Source: an uncultured Collinsella sp. (GTDB lineage Bacteria > Actinomycetota > Coriobacteriia > Coriobacteriales > Coriobacteriaceae). From it: DNA of 64,000 bases. Position 1 is the stretch's first letter. Each line of letters begins with the position of its first letter. The stretch covers positions 19,970 through 83,969 of the forward strand of contig CABTWP010000001.1 in assembly GCA_902488525.1 (NCBI GenBank). The letters run 5' to 3'. Under the pieces are notes generated by a model. It was not told the DNA's origin, made no database searches, and saw only the letters and a list, made by a program, of their open reading frames with translations. The translations under genes and the position numbers were made by a program. Shown in pieces: positions 10,860 through 24,132 of this stretch.

Positions 10860-11344
10860 CACGACACCTGCCAATCGAACGCGTTGTACTGGTGCTCGAT
10901 CTCGGCGATATGCCCGTCGCGGATGGTGACGCCCACGGCATCGAAGCGAATCGCCTTGAGCGGATAATGCTCCATGAGATAGCAACTTGCGATGCGGCGG
11001 TAGCGGCGTTGCTTTTGGGCGTCCACGGCCTCCTCGGGAAAGACCCGCGTGTTGCAATCCAGCGCAACGCGTCTGGTCTTGACCTCGGCCATCACCACGA
11101 CATCGTCGAGCTCATCGAGCAGCACCAGATCGGCCTCGCCCTCGGTGCAACGATAACCCTGCTCCAGCAAGGTGTAGCCGCGCTCGTTAAAGTAGTCGAT
11201 GGTGATCAGCTCGCCTAGCATGCCCAGCTCGCGGGGACTGAGTCCCTTGATAAACTCGGGCGTCATCGCCCCACAGTCGAGCTCGCCGTTTTCCCAACGC
11301 TCCTTGAGCTGCTGCGTCTTGCTCTTTTTGCTTGCGGCACTCAT
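10859..11344 (-). CDS. yraN: YraN family (UPF0102) nuclease-like protein
   Basis: GEADLV...EVKTR...RFDAV; conserved rnhB-yraN-comM-dprA order. Confidence 0.85.
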   Translation of the reverse strand: MSAASKKSKTQQLKERWENGELDCGAMTPEFIKGLSPRELGMLGELITIDYFNERGYTLLEQGYRCTEGEADLVLLDELDDVVVMAEVKTRRVALDCNTRVFPEEAVDAQKQRRYRRIASCYLMEHYPLKAIRFDAVGVTIRDGHIAEIEHQYNAFDWQVS

Positions 11345-11533
11345 GGGGTCTCCTTTCCCGCACACTGCATTGCCCCGATGATGAGGGCACCTTTCATGCG
11401 GGTAAGTACCGGAAGCAAACCAAAAGCTGACCAAATGCCGACAAAAAACGGGCCGTACGCAGCAATGCTGCTGCATACGGCCCGCTACCAGCAGGTTTAT
11501 AAAACCACATAGGTCCCTGTCTCCACAATTGGC

Positions 11534-12322
11534 CTAGAAAAGGCGCTCAGTCTGCAGAAAGTTTCCGCAAAAGCTCACGCGGTGCAGCGGACAAAGTCCA
11601 TGTTTGCGAATGGCCTCGATGTGCTCGGGGCTCGCATAGCCCTTCGACTCGGCCAGATGGTACTCGGGGTACTCGGCGTCGTACTCGACCATCATCTCGT
11701 CACGCGTGACCTTGGCCATGATGGACGCTGCGGCGATGCAGGCGATCTTGGCATCGCCTTTCACCACATCGCGCTCGTTAGGAACAGCGCCCAAGGGGTT
11801 GCCATCCATGAGGACGCAGTCGGGTTCAAGTCCCGTATCGGCCACGGCGCCCGCAACGGCGGTACGGATAGCACGGGCCATGCCCATCTCATCGATATCC
11901 TTAGGCGCGATATGGCAAAAACCGATCGCCGTCGCCACCTCGGCAATCTTCACTGAGAGCAACTCGCGGCGCGCCGGCGTGAGCTTTTTGGAATCGTTAA
12001 TGCCCCAGACGCGCGGCTCCATGGGAAGGCACACGGCACACACGGTTAAGGGACCCGCTACCGAGCCGCGGCCCACCTCGTCGACACCAACGACCACCCC
12101 ATCGCCGCCAAGCTCATGCATAAGCTCGTACATGTCATTGACGCGCTCGCGCTCGGCAAGTTCCTTAGCATGGCGTTTGAGGGCGCGTTCACAAGCCTTG
12201 ATCACCTGCTGGCGCGGGTCCTCGCGATAATGCTCCACGAGGGCGGGGATCTCCTCAAACGTTGCGCTCGCTAGCTCTCCGGCAACCTGCGATGCCGAAA
12301 CCGAGCTCGTCATATTGGCCAT
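11534..12322 (-). CDS. rnhB: Ribonuclease HII
   Basis: GVDEVGRG, INDSKKL, KGDAKIACIAAASIMAKVTRD. Confidence 0.96.
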   Translation of the reverse strand: MANMTSSVSASQVAGELASATFEEIPALVEHYREDPRQQVIKACERALKRHAKELAERERVNDMYELMHELGGDGVVVGVDEVGRGSVAGPLTVCAVCLPMEPRVWGINDSKKLTPARRELLSVKIAEVATAIGFCHIAPKDIDEMGMARAIRTAVAGAVADTGLEPDCVLMDGNPLGAVPNERDVVKGDAKIACIAAASIMAKVTRDEMMVEYDAEYPEYHLAESKGYASPEHIEAIRKHGLCPLHRVSFCGNFLQTERLF

Positions 12323-12350
12323 ACCAGGCCCTCCTTGCATGCAAATCAGA

Positions 12351-12381
12351 TAAAAAGAAGGGCCACCCGAAGGTGACCCTT
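12351..12381 (-). terminator. Intrinsic terminator after rplS
   Basis: Near-perfect stem AAGGGCCACC-CGAA-GGTGACCCTT with a U-rich tail on the minus strand. Confidence 0.7.
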
Positions 12382-12415
12382 GTGTCCAAACGAGTGGACA
12401 GACGCTGCGATCTAC

Positions 12416-12757
12416 TTAGCGCTTCTCGGGGATGCGAGCAGCCTTGCCCACCTTGTCGCGGAGGTAGTACAGCTTGGCGCGACGGACGCGACCATGACGA
12501 ACGACCTCGAGCTTGGCGATCTTGGGGCTGTGAAGCGGGAAGGTACGCTCAACACCGACACCGAAGGACATCTTGCGGACGGTGAAGGTCTCGCGGGCAC
12601 CGGCGCCGGCCATGCGGATGACGTCGCCCTGGAAGACCTGGATGCGCTCGCGGTCGCCTTCCTTAATGCGGTAGTGAACCTTGACGTTGTCGGCGACGCG
12701 AACCTGAGGAATGTCCTCGCGGATCTGCTGACGCTCGATTGCGCGGATGTAATCCAT
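12416..12757 (-). CDS. rplS: 50S ribosomal protein L19
   Basis: [37 protein letters not shown]. Confidence 0.97.
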   Translation of the reverse strand: MDYIRAIERQQIREDIPQVRVADNVKVHYRIKEGDRERIQVFQGDVIRMAGAGARETFTVRKMSFGVGVERTFPLHSPKIAKLEVVRHGRVRRAKLYYLRDKVGKAARIPEKR

Positions 12758-12966
12758 GTGCAATTCCTTACTCTTCTAGAGGTGCCGTACCACTCTGGCC
12801 GGCACGTAGTTGAACAAACGTATTCGAGTATACACGCGCGGGTTTCTGCTGCAAGAACAATTTTTTACGCAGACAAAAAGACAAAACCCGCACATGATAA
12901 CCGTCCGCCTCACGAATGAGACGGACGGCATGAGGGGGGCTACGTTAGGCGTCTGAACCCAAAACG

Positions 12967-15717
<2,751 letters not shown>

Positions 15718-15955
15718 GATACTTCCCCTTCCATGCACTTACGCGCACGACCGTGGTAACGAATCGACCCGCCAGATGCGGGCCGTGAGGGAACTATACG
15801 GCGGGTTTTGAGCAGGCTTAAGCAGAGGATGCGCGGTTTGGTAAACGTGCTAAAACTGGCGGTAAACGGTAGGTAAAGGTGGTTACCTCATGAAGATACC
15901 AATGCAGCAAACTTGCAGGTCAAATGCAAGTTCTTTGCTAAATCGCTTTACCATA

Positions 15956-16102
15956 AGTAGCTAATTTGGGACGGGGCTATTTTAGCTACCCCCACACGAG
16001 CGTTCGACCCCGAGCCGTATCCGGATGATTTTTCTGGGACGGGGATTAAAAAATCATTAGGTACACAATGATTTTTTAATCCCCGTCCCAGAAAAATCAT
16101 CC
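15956..16102. repeat. REP-like palindromic repeat cluster
   Basis: Perfect 36-bp inverted repeat (16023-16058 / 16067-16102) plus a third TGGGACGGGG-containing hairpin at 15956-15990. Confidence 0.85.
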
Positions 16103-16111
16103 CAGAAAGGA

Positions 16112-16987
16112 CTACTGCTGTTGAGCTCGGCGGGCGGCGCGGCGGGCACGGGCTTCTTGGATTTCCTCCAAGTGGCTAATGATCTCGGCAGCGCTTTCCT
16201 CGATGGCCTTGCCGTCGGTACGCACCACAAAGCAGCCTAGGCGTTTCATGAGGGCACGAGCTTCCTCAAGCTCGCTGCGCACGCTCTCGGGCTCGGCATA
16301 GGAGCCGGCAACGGCACGAGCGTAGTCATCGCCCAAGCGGCTATCGCGAATTTCGGAAATCACATCGACGGTCGAAATCAGGCCGAACAGGCGCATCGGG
16401 TCGACCTCGTAAATCGACTTCGGCGGCTCCATGCCATGGGCCAACGGAACATTGGCAACCTTGTAGCCCTGATAAGCCAGATACATCGACAGCGGCGTCT
16501 TGGACGTGCGCGATACGCCCAGCAGCACGATATCGGCACCCGACAGATCGTCGCAGCCGCGCCCGTCATCGTGCTCAACGAAATACTCCATGGCCTCGAT
16601 ACGATGGAAATAGCGGTCATCGGTCTTGTGAATCACGCCCGCAACGCCCTTGGGCGGCACACCGATGAGCGACGACAGCACGGCGAGCGTCGGGCCGATC
16701 AGGTCGACCGAACGGATATGCAGCATGCCCAGGTAATCGAGCACGCGGGCGCGAAGCGCCGGATCGACAATGGTGTGAAACACGGCAATATCGCGATGGT
16801 CGGCATCGACGCGCGGGCCCACAAACGACTCCACCTGCTCCACCGAGGTCACCTTGGGCAGGCGCAACAAACGAAAAGCCCCTTCATCAAATTGCCCGGA
16901 CGCCGCAAGCACCACCTCACAAGCGGTATCACCGAGCGAGTCGGAGATAACGATAACGGTGGGACGAGCGGTGACCGGGCAATCCAT
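16112..16987 (-). CDS. PPDK/PEP synthase regulatory protein (kinase/pyrophosphorylase, DUF299)
   Basis: ISDSLGDT, HDDGRG, GVSRTSKTPLSMYLA; adjacent to ppdK. Confidence 0.93.
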   Translation of the reverse strand: MDCPVTARPTVIVISDSLGDTACEVVLAASGQFDEGAFRLLRLPKVTSVEQVESFVGPRVDADHRDIAVFHTIVDPALRARVLDYLGMLHIRSVDLIGPTLAVLSSLIGVPPKGVAGVIHKTDDRYFHRIEAMEYFVEHDDGRGCDDLSGADIVLLGVSRTSKTPLSMYLAYQGYKVANVPLAHGMEPPKSIYEVDPMRLFGLISTVDVISEIRDSRLGDDYARAVAGSYAEPESVRSELEEARALMKRLGCFVVRTDGKAIEESAAEIISHLEEIQEARARRAARRAQQQ

Positions 16988-17021
16988 GCGGGGCTCCTTT
17001 TGCGCTTACGCGCAGGCTGGC

Positions 17022-19118
17022 TTACTTTTTACGAGCAAGCTCACCGATGTTGGCGATGCCGGAGAAAACGGCCTCGAAGCGGTTGAGCAGCTTAAGGCGA
17101 TTATCGCGGAGCTGCTCGTCCTTGTCCATGACCATGACCTCGTCGAAGAAACGGTCGATGGGCGCGCGCAGGGCGGCGAGGGCAGCAAATGCGGCCGGAT
17201 AATCCTCGGTAGCAAGGGCGGCATCGACAGCGGTCTGAGCAGCCTCGGAGGCGTCGGCGAGCGCAAGCTCGACCTCGCCCATCAGTCTGCGGTCGTACTC
17301 CACGCCCAGCTCGGGCTTGGAGATATGCGCGGCGCGAGCATAGGCGGTCGCAAGGTTGTCGAACGTCTCGGCGTCGTTCTTGCGGGCCTCGTCGAGGGCG
17401 GCGCAGCGGGCGAAGAAGACGGACGGAGCGATGATGTGCACCGCGGAGACGGCGGCAACGGTATCGGCCGGGATCTTTTCGTCGCGGGCCATGCTCACCA
17501 GGCGGCCATGGAAGAAGTCACGAACCTGCTGGGCGACCTCGGCGGCGTCGAACTCAATGCCCTGCTCGCTATAGAGCTCGAGGGCGAAGTCGATGAGCGA
17601 CGTGGGGTCGATCGGCAGGCGGTCGCGCAGGATGTTGATGATGCCGATAGCGGCACGACGCAGCGCGTAGGGGTCCGAAGAGCCGGTCGGGGGCTCGCCG
17701 ATGGCAAAGATACCGGCGATGGTATCGAGCTTGTCGGCACAGGCCACGATGCAGCCAGCGGTGCCCTCGGGCAGCTCGTCACCGGCAAAGCGAGGACGAT
17801 AGTGATCGCGAATAGCATGAGCGACCTCGTCGTTCTCCCCCATCGCGATGGCGTAGTAACCGCCCATCACGCCCTGCTGGCTCGTGAACTCGACGACGGC
17901 GTTAGACACCAGGTCGGCCTTGCACAGGTGCGCGGCGCGAGCAGCGTCGGCGGCCAGGTGGGCGCCCAGATGGGCCTCGCGAGCGATGGCAAGCGCGAGT
18001 TGCTCAATGCGCTCGGACTTGGCGAGCACGCAACCGAGCTTCTCCTGGAAGGCGACCTTGGCCAGACGCTCGCGGAACTCGTCGAGGGAGATCTTCAGGT
18101 CCTCCTCGTAGAAGAACTTGGCGTCGTCCAGACGGGCGCGCACGACGCGCTCGTTGCCGTCAATCACGCGCTCGGCATTCTCGGGCTTGCTGTTGGAAAC
18201 GACCACGAACTCACGCGTGAGCTTGCCCTCGCCGTCATAGATCGGGAAGTAGCGCTGGTTGGTGAGCATGGACTCGCAGATAATCTCGTGCGGGACCTTG
18301 AGAAACTCCTCATCGAAGGTACCGACGAGCACCGTCGGCCACTCGCAGAGGTTAATGACCTCCTCAAAGACCTTCTTGGGCGTATCGACATGGCAGCCGG
18401 GACGGGCAGCCTCGACCTCGGCGATACCGGCGAGGATGGCCTCACGACGACGCTCGGCAGAAAGCACACCGGCGTCCTCGAGCACCTGCTCGTAAACAGC
18501 GGGGCTGGCAACCACATGGTCGCCAGGGCCAAGTACGCGATGACCGCGCGTGGTGTTGCCACTCGTCACGTCGGCAAACGACACGGGCACAACATCCTCG
18601 CCCAAAAGGCAGCAGATCCAGCGGACAGGACGCACGAACGTCGCGTGCTCGTGGCCCCAGCGCTGGGAGCGATAGTTGGGCCACTGCAGGCCGGCAATAG
18701 TCTTCTCGCACAGAGCGGTCAGAATCGGCGTAGCCGGTGCGGAGGGAATGTTCTTCTCGGCGAACACATACTCGCGACCGTCGGTGTCCTCGCGACGGAC
18801 CAGATCCTCGGCAGCCACACCGCACTTGCGGGCAAAGCCCTGGGCGGCCTTAGTGGCGTTGCCATCGGCATCAAAGGCAATGTTTGCCGCGGGGCCGCGC
18901 TTGACCTCATGGACCTCATCGGTCGCGGTGGCGACGTTGACCACGAGCGCGGCCAGACGACGCGGGCTCGAGATCACGCGGACCTCGCCATGGGCCAGAC
19001 CGGCCTCGTCGAGGCCCTTGGCGATCATGGTGCCGAGCTGCTTGACGGCATTGTTCAGCGGTGCGGAAGGCATTTCCTCCGTACCGATCTCAAACAGGAA
19101 ATCCTTAGCGTCTGCCAT
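17022..19118 (-). CDS. glyS: Glycine-tRNA ligase beta subunit
   Basis: FLFEIGTEEMP, SPRRLA, GNERVVRARLDDAKFF, GSSDPYALRR. Confidence 0.97.
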   Translation of the reverse strand: MADAKDFLFEIGTEEMPSAPLNNAVKQLGTMIAKGLDEAGLAHGEVRVISSPRRLAALVVNVATATDEVHEVKRGPAANIAFDADGNATKAAQGFARKCGVAAEDLVRREDTDGREYVFAEKNIPSAPATPILTALCEKTIAGLQWPNYRSQRWGHEHATFVRPVRWICCLLGEDVVPVSFADVTSGNTTRGHRVLGPGDHVVASPAVYEQVLEDAGVLSAERRREAILAGIAEVEAARPGCHVDTPKKVFEEVINLCEWPTVLVGTFDEEFLKVPHEIICESMLTNQRYFPIYDGEGKLTREFVVVSNSKPENAERVIDGNERVVRARLDDAKFFYEEDLKISLDEFRERLAKVAFQEKLGCVLAKSERIEQLALAIAREAHLGAHLAADAARAAHLCKADLVSNAVVEFTSQQGVMGGYYAIAMGENDEVAHAIRDHYRPRFAGDELPEGTAGCIVACADKLDTIAGIFAIGEPPTGSSDPYALRRAAIGIINILRDRLPIDPTSLIDFALELYSEQGIEFDAAEVAQQVRDFFHGRLVSMARDEKIPADTVAAVSAVHIIAPSVFFARCAALDEARKNDAETFDNLATAYARAAHISKPELGVEYDRRLMGEVELALADASEAAQTAVDAALATEDYPAAFAALAALRAPIDRFFDEVMVMDKDEQLRDNRLKLLNRFEAVFSGIANIGELARKK

Positions 19119-19121
19119 GGC

Positions 19122-20033
19122 TTACGCCACCTCGCCTTCCTGGTCGGCATTCTCATTGACTCCGGCAACCTCGGCCATATAGGCCTCGCAGCACGCCTTG
19201 GCGACGGCGCGGACGCGCAGGATGTAGTTGGCACGCTCGACCGCGGAAAGGGCGCCGCGGGCATCGAGCAGGTTGAAGGCATGGCTGCACTTCATGACGC
19301 AGTCGTAAGCGGGCAGCGGCAGCTTGCGCTCAAGGCAGGAGTGGCACTCGGCCTCGTAGTCGTCAAACTTCTGACGCATCATCTCGACGTTGGCGACCTC
19401 AAAGTTGTAGGCGCTAAACTCACGCTCGTTCTCCAGGAACACGTCGCCATAGGTCATCGGCGTGCCATCGGGCAGATAGCTCCACACCAGGTCGTAGACC
19501 GAGTTAACGCCCTGGGCGTACATGGCGATACGCTCCAGGCCATAGGTGATCTCGACGGGCACAGGGTCGACCTCGATGCCGCCCACCTGTTGGAAGTACG
19601 TAAACTGCGTGACCTCCATGCCGTTGAGCCAGACCTCCCAGCCAAGGCCCCAGGCGCCCAGGGTCGGGCTCTCCCAGTCGTCCTCGACAAAACGGACGTC
19701 ATGGTCGTTGGGGTCCAGACCGATAGCAGCCAGCGAACCCAGGTAGAGCTCCTGCGCGTTGACCGGCGACGGCTTGATGAGCACCTGGAACTGATAGTAG
19801 TGCTGCATGCGGTTGGGATTCTCGCCGTAGCGGCCGTCGGCAGGACGGCGGCAAGGCTGAGCGTAGCAGGTGCGCCACTCGGCGGGACCGAGCGAGCGCA
19901 GCGTGGTCGCGGTGTGGAAGGTACCGGCACCGACCTCGGAGTCATAGGGCTGCATAATGACGCAGCCCTGCTCGCCCCAGTACTGCTGGAGGCGCAGGAT
20001 GATGTCTTGGAAGGAAAGCGATGAAGCGTTCAT
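19122..20033 (-). CDS. glyQ: Glycine-tRNA ligase alpha subunit
   Basis: [35 protein letters not shown]. Confidence 0.98.
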   Translation of the reverse strand: MNASSLSFQDIILRLQQYWGEQGCVIMQPYDSEVGAGTFHTATTLRSLGPAEWRTCYAQPCRRPADGRYGENPNRMQHYYQFQVLIKPSPVNAQELYLGSLAAIGLDPNDHDVRFVEDDWESPTLGAWGLGWEVWLNGMEVTQFTYFQQVGGIEVDPVPVEITYGLERIAMYAQGVNSVYDLVWSYLPDGTPMTYGDVFLENEREFSAYNFEVANVEMMRQKFDDYEAECHSCLERKLPLPAYDCVMKCSHAFNLLDARGALSAVERANYILRVRAVAKACCEAYMAEVAGVNENADQEGEVA

Positions 20034-20092
20034 GCCTCTAATATCCCCTCGTCGAAACGATTACACGGTTAGGTACTGTACTATAGCGGTTT

Positions 20093-20662
20093 TTAGTCGA
20101 TAGCGCCGATGCGGTTGAGCGGCCAGTAGCGTACGAGCGCCACGGCGATCAAATCAGAGCGATCGACGGGACCAAAGTAGCGTGAGTCGGCAGAGTTTTC
20201 GCGGTTGTCGCCCATCACCCACACGCACCCGTCGGGAACGGTGTAGGGATAGCTTACCTGAGCGCCGGGAGCCTGGGCCGAAAGCGGCCAGCTCATGCCC
20301 GTCGTATAGCTCTCGTCGAGCGCCTGGCCGTCAACGACCACCTTGCCGTCCTGAAGGTCGACCGTCTGGCCGGCCGTGGCAATAACACGCTTGACGAGAA
20401 CATCGTGCTCGGAGGTGCCATCGGGGTTGTGGAATACCACGATATCACCTTGGCTGACGGGCTGGCCGAGCTCAAGGCTCACCTTTTGCGCCAAGATCTG
20501 GTCGCCGATCTCGATTGTGTCCTCCATAGAGCCGGTGGGCACCACAAAGGGCTCGACCACAAACGTGCGGATCAGGAAGGTGGCCACGAGCGCGATCGCG
20601 ATGACCACGATCCACTCTAAAGCGCCCCTCAACGCGGAATGCTGCGATGGAACCATTCTCAC
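20093..20662 (-). CDS. lepB: Signal peptidase I
   Basis: TM segment, VPTGSME, LVKRVIA, MGDNRENSADSRYFG. Confidence 0.95.
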   Translation of the reverse strand: MRMVPSQHSALRGALEWIVVIAIALVATFLIRTFVVEPFVVPTGSMEDTIEIGDQILAQKVSLELGQPVSQGDIVVFHNPDGTSEHDVLVKRVIATAGQTVDLQDGKVVVDGQALDESYTTGMSWPLSAQAPGAQVSYPYTVPDGCVWVMGDNRENSADSRYFGPVDRSDLIAVALVRYWPLNRIGAID

Positions 20663-21417
20663 TCCTCGCTCTGCGAATACGAAGCGTCCAGAATCTCCTG
20701 CGCGTACGCACGCTCCTGTGGCGTAAGGCGCGCCGTCTCGATCAGGTCGGGACGCCAGCGGCAGGGGCGCTCGATGGCATTCTTACGGCGCCAGGCGTCA
20801 ACCTTGGCATGGTCACCGCTCACGAGCACCGGCGGCACGCCCTCGCCGTTGAACTCGGCGGGACGGGTGTACTGCGCGTACTCGAGCAGGCCACCGTCCT
20901 CGGCAGTCGAGAACGACTCATCGACGTTGCTCATCTCGTCACCAAGGGCGCCGGGAATCAGGCGTACGACGGCATCGGCAACGACCATAGCGGGAAGCTC
21001 GCCGCCCGTAAGCACGTAGTCGCCGATCGACAGACGCTCATCGGCATACGCATACGCACGCTCGTCGACGCCCTCGTAGCGACTGCACACAAACAACAGG
21101 CGCTCACTTTTGAGCAGGCGCTCAGCCACATGCTGCGTAAAAGGCTCGCCACAGGGGGTAAAGAACACCACCGTCGGCTTGGGACCCTCTGCGCTAATGG
21201 CCTCGATGGCCTCTGCGATAGGCTCGACCTTCATGAGCATGCCCTGCCCGCCGCCGTACGGCTCGTCATCGACGGTACGATGACGGTCATGCGTCCAGTC
21301 ACGCAGGTTATAGGCCTTAAAATCAAAAAGGCCGGCCTTGCGGGCGCGGCCCAAGATCGACGTGGACATGACGGGCTCAAACATCTCGGGAAAGACCGAA
21401 AGGGTCTCGATCAGCAT
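20659..21417 (-). CDS. trmD: tRNA (guanine37-N1)-methyltransferase
   Basis: VDDEPYGGGQGM, SIGDYVLTGGE, LLEYAQYTRP. Confidence 0.97.
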   Translation of the reverse strand: MLIETLSVFPEMFEPVMSTSILGRARKAGLFDFKAYNLRDWTHDRHRTVDDEPYGGGQGMLMKVEPIAEAIEAISAEGPKPTVVFFTPCGEPFTQHVAERLLKSERLLFVCSRYEGVDERAYAYADERLSIGDYVLTGGELPAMVVADAVVRLIPGALGDEMSNVDESFSTAEDGGLLEYAQYTRPAEFNGEGVPPVLVSGDHAKVDAWRRKNAIERPCRWRPDLIETARLTPQERAYAQEILDASYSQSEE

Positions 21418-21427
21418 GTTTTCCTCC

Positions 21428-21949
21428 CTACTTGTCCATATCGATCAAACCGTCCATAACGTGGACGGAAATTGTCCCCTGATCGGGAAGATCGAGCACA
21501 ACCTGCTCAATCACAGGAATCAGCACCTCGCCGTACCGATCGCCCTCGACAACCCAAACATCGTTGGCGGGCGTCGACATGATCTCGACAATCGTGCCGA
21601 GCGAACCGAAGCGCTCGTCGACCACCTCGCGACCTATCAGGTCGGTATAGGCGGCGTCGAGCGAATCGAGCTCAAAGTCGTCACGATTTGCCAGCACGTA
21701 GCATCCGGTGATGCCCTCGGCGGCCGTCAAGTCGTCAATACCCTCAAACGAGACCAGATCGCCATCGCCCGTATCGGTGACGAATACGACCGTGCAAAAA
21801 CGGTCGCGCTTGAGCGCCGGCGGCGTCAAGGCGACGCGCATACCCGGCGTCAATACAGAAGGAAGCCCCCGCAGCGGCTGCGCGAGGACCTCCCCCTTCC
21901 TTCCGTGCGGCTTGACCACACGGGCGATGTTTTTGTACTGGGACCTCAA
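21428..21949 (-). CDS. rimM: Ribosome maturation factor RimM
   Basis: KPHGRKGEV, PRC barrel, position in the rpsP-KH-rimM-trmD operon. Confidence 0.92.
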   Translation of the reverse strand: MRSQYKNIARVVKPHGRKGEVLAQPLRGLPSVLTPGMRVALTPPALKRDRFCTVVFVTDTGDGDLVSFEGIDDLTAAEGITGCYVLANRDDFELDSLDAAYTDLIGREVVDERFGSLGTIVEIMSTPANDVWVVEGDRYGEVLIPVIEQVVLDLPDQGTISVHVMDGLIDMDK

Positions 21950-21953
21950 GGTC

Positions 21954-22238
21954 CTAGCCCAGAACCTCTACCTCGACCGCAGTGTCGAGGCGAGCGGCCA
22001 GTGCACGGGCGAGCGTGCGAATGGCCTTGATGGTACGGCCACGACGGCCGATGACCTTAGCGACGTCATCCTCGGCAACAGAAACCTCAATCGTGGAAGC
22101 GTCGTCACCATCGATGACCTCGAGGCTCACGGAATCCGGGTCGTCGACGATCTGAACAACGAGATATTCGACGAGATCGGCGATGCGATCTGAGAGCATT
22201 GCCTCACCCTCGAGCTGTGCAGCGTCAACCTCAGGCAC
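21954..22238 (-). CDS. khpA: KH-domain RNA-binding protein
   Basis: KVIGRRGRTIKAIR; lies between rpsP and rimM. Confidence 0.9.
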   Translation of the reverse strand: MPEVDAAQLEGEAMLSDRIADLVEYLVVQIVDDPDSVSLEVIDGDDASTIEVSVAEDDVAKVIGRRGRTIKAIRTLARALAARLDTAVEVEVLG

Positions 22239-22241
22239 GAT

Positions 22242-22583
22242 TTACTCCTCGGCGCCCTCAGCGGCCTCAGCGGCAGCCTTAGCGGCCTCGGCCTCTTTGG
22301 CGAGCTGCTTCTTGGACTTTTTGACGACGGTCTCGGTCTTCTCGCCCTCGTTGGCGGCCTTGACCAGAGCAGCGACAGCGTCAGTGAGCTGAGCGCCCTT
22401 GGACTGCCAGTCAGCGATCTTCTCGAGATCGAGGTTGATGGTCTTGGGGGCGGTCATCGGGTTGTAGCGGCCAACCTCCTCGATGATACGACCGTCACGC
22501 GGGGCGCGGGAATCGGCGACGACGACACGGTAGTACGGACGCTTCTTAGCGCCGTGACGAGCAAGGCGAATCTTGACTGCCAA
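22242..22583 (-). CDS. rpsP: 30S ribosomal protein S16
   Basis: [28 protein letters not shown] start after SD GGAGG. Confidence 0.97.
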   Translation of the reverse strand: MAVKIRLARHGAKKRPYYRVVVADSRAPRDGRIIEEVGRYNPMTAPKTINLDLEKIADWQSKGAQLTDAVAALVKAANEGEKTETVVKKSKKQLAKEAEAAKAAAEAAEGAEE

Positions 22584-22784
22584 AGGAAACTCCTCCAACC
22601 AAGCAGCTTTAGGCTGCAACTACAAACAAACAATTGAACATAATACGCCATCGACGCGGGCAGGTGAAGTCCGTGAGACCAACTTCTTCGGTGTAGTCGA
22701 GGGCAAATCCATATCTTAGACAAGAATTCGGGATTTGCAAGCACATACACGCACCCCACATGAGCTGCGCGGTATACTCATGAC

Positions 22785-24038
22785 ATGGAAAGACGCGAAC
22801 ATACATACGGTTATGAGGATGCCACAGACGTCACGCCGCCTCCCTGGACGGGTCCGGCGGTGGGCCTGATGGACCTCGATGCGTTTTTTGCGAGCGTGGA
22901 GATGCTCGATCATCCCGAATGGCGCGGCAAGCCGCTCATCGTGGGCGGAGACGCCGATTCGCGTGGCGTCGTGTCCACGTGTTCGTATGAGGCACGTCGC
23001 TTTGGCGTGCACTCTGCCATGGCCTCGGCCGAAGCGCGGCGCTTGTGCCCGCAAGCCATTTGGACGCACGGGCACTTTGATCGCTACCGCGAGGTGAGCG
23101 CGCAGGTCATGGCGATTCTCGCCGACGAGACCCCGCGCGTCGAGCGCGTATCCATCGACGAAGCCTTTATCGATATCACACCGGGTCGCTTTGCGCCCGA
23201 AGACCCGCTGCTGGTTGCGCGGCGTATAAGCGACCGCGTGACAGGGCTGGGAGTGACCTGCTCCATTGGCGTTGGCTGCAACAAGACGGTCGCAAAAATC
23301 GCAAGCGAGCGGGATAAGCCGTTTGGGCTGACCATCGTGCGCCCCGGAACCGAGCAGCGCTTTTTGGCCGCGCTGCCGGTATCTGCCATGAGTGGCATCG
23401 GGCGCTCGGCCGAGGAGCGACTGCGCCGCATGCGCATCTACACCCTCGGCGAGCTTTCGCGCGCGCCCGAGTCCACACTGGCCTCTATTTTTGGCGTCAA
23501 CGGCGAACGCATGCGCCAGCGTGCGCTAGGACTCGAAATCTCCGAAGTCACGAGTCTCGATGAAGGGCGCGAGGTCAAATCGGTCAGCAATGAACGCACC
23601 TTTGCGAAAGATTTGACTGAGCGTGGGGATATTGAGGCGGCGATTGCGCTGTTGGGAGAGTCAGTGGGACGCCGTCTGCGCCGTCAGGGGCTGACGGGTG
23701 CCACGGTAACGCTCAAGCTCAAGTATTCGTATGGCAGCGGGCGTACGGCACAGCGCCGGCTGCCTCATCCGACCGACGATGAGAATATCTTCGTGGCGGT
23801 TGCGCTCGAGCTGCTCGACAATATCTGGCAGGAAGGCATGCATGTTCGCTTAGCGGGCATCGGCATGAGCGACTTCGACCACCAAGGCGGCATCCAGACC
23901 GACCTGTTCTGCGAGATCGATGACCGCGGAGCCCAATCCAGCGACCGACGCGACCTCTCCGTCGCCATCGACGCCGTCCGAGACAAGTTCGGCGACACCG
24001 CCCTATCCTTCGGCCGCCAATCCCGCTTCAACGATTAG
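22785..24038 (+). CDS. dinB: DNA polymerase IV
   Basis: DLDAFFASVE, SYEARRFGV, SIDEAF, AKIAS..KP.G. Confidence 0.96.
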   Translation: MERREHTYGYEDATDVTPPPWTGPAVGLMDLDAFFASVEMLDHPEWRGKPLIVGGDADSRGVVSTCSYEARRFGVHSAMASAEARRLCPQAIWTHGHFDRYREVSAQVMAILADETPRVERVSIDEAFIDITPGRFAPEDPLLVARRISDRVTGLGVTCSIGVGCNKTVAKIASERDKPFGLTIVRPGTEQRFLAALPVSAMSGIGRSAEERLRRMRIYTLGELSRAPESTLASIFGVNGERMRQRALGLEISEVTSLDEGREVKSVSNERTFAKDLTERGDIEAAIALLGESVGRRLRRQGLTGATVTLKLKYSYGSGRTAQRRLPHPTDDENIFVAVALELLDNIWQEGMHVRLAGIGMSDFDHQGGIQTDLFCEIDDRGAQSSDRRDLSVAIDAVRDKFGDTALSFGRQSRFND

Positions 24039-24048
24039 TCCCTGAGGC

Positions 24049-24091
24049 AAAAAGAAAGCCGGGCAGGTGCGGAAAACCGCAACTGCCCGGC
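24049..24091. terminator. Terminator between the convergent dinB and rsfS genes
   Basis: Stem GCCGGGCAG-GTGCGG-AAAA-CCGCA-A-CTGCCCGGC with an adjacent A-run. Confidence 0.75.
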
Positions 24092-24132
24092 GATATGCGT
24101 GAGGATAGCTAAACCCCGTCTCAAATGAGCTA

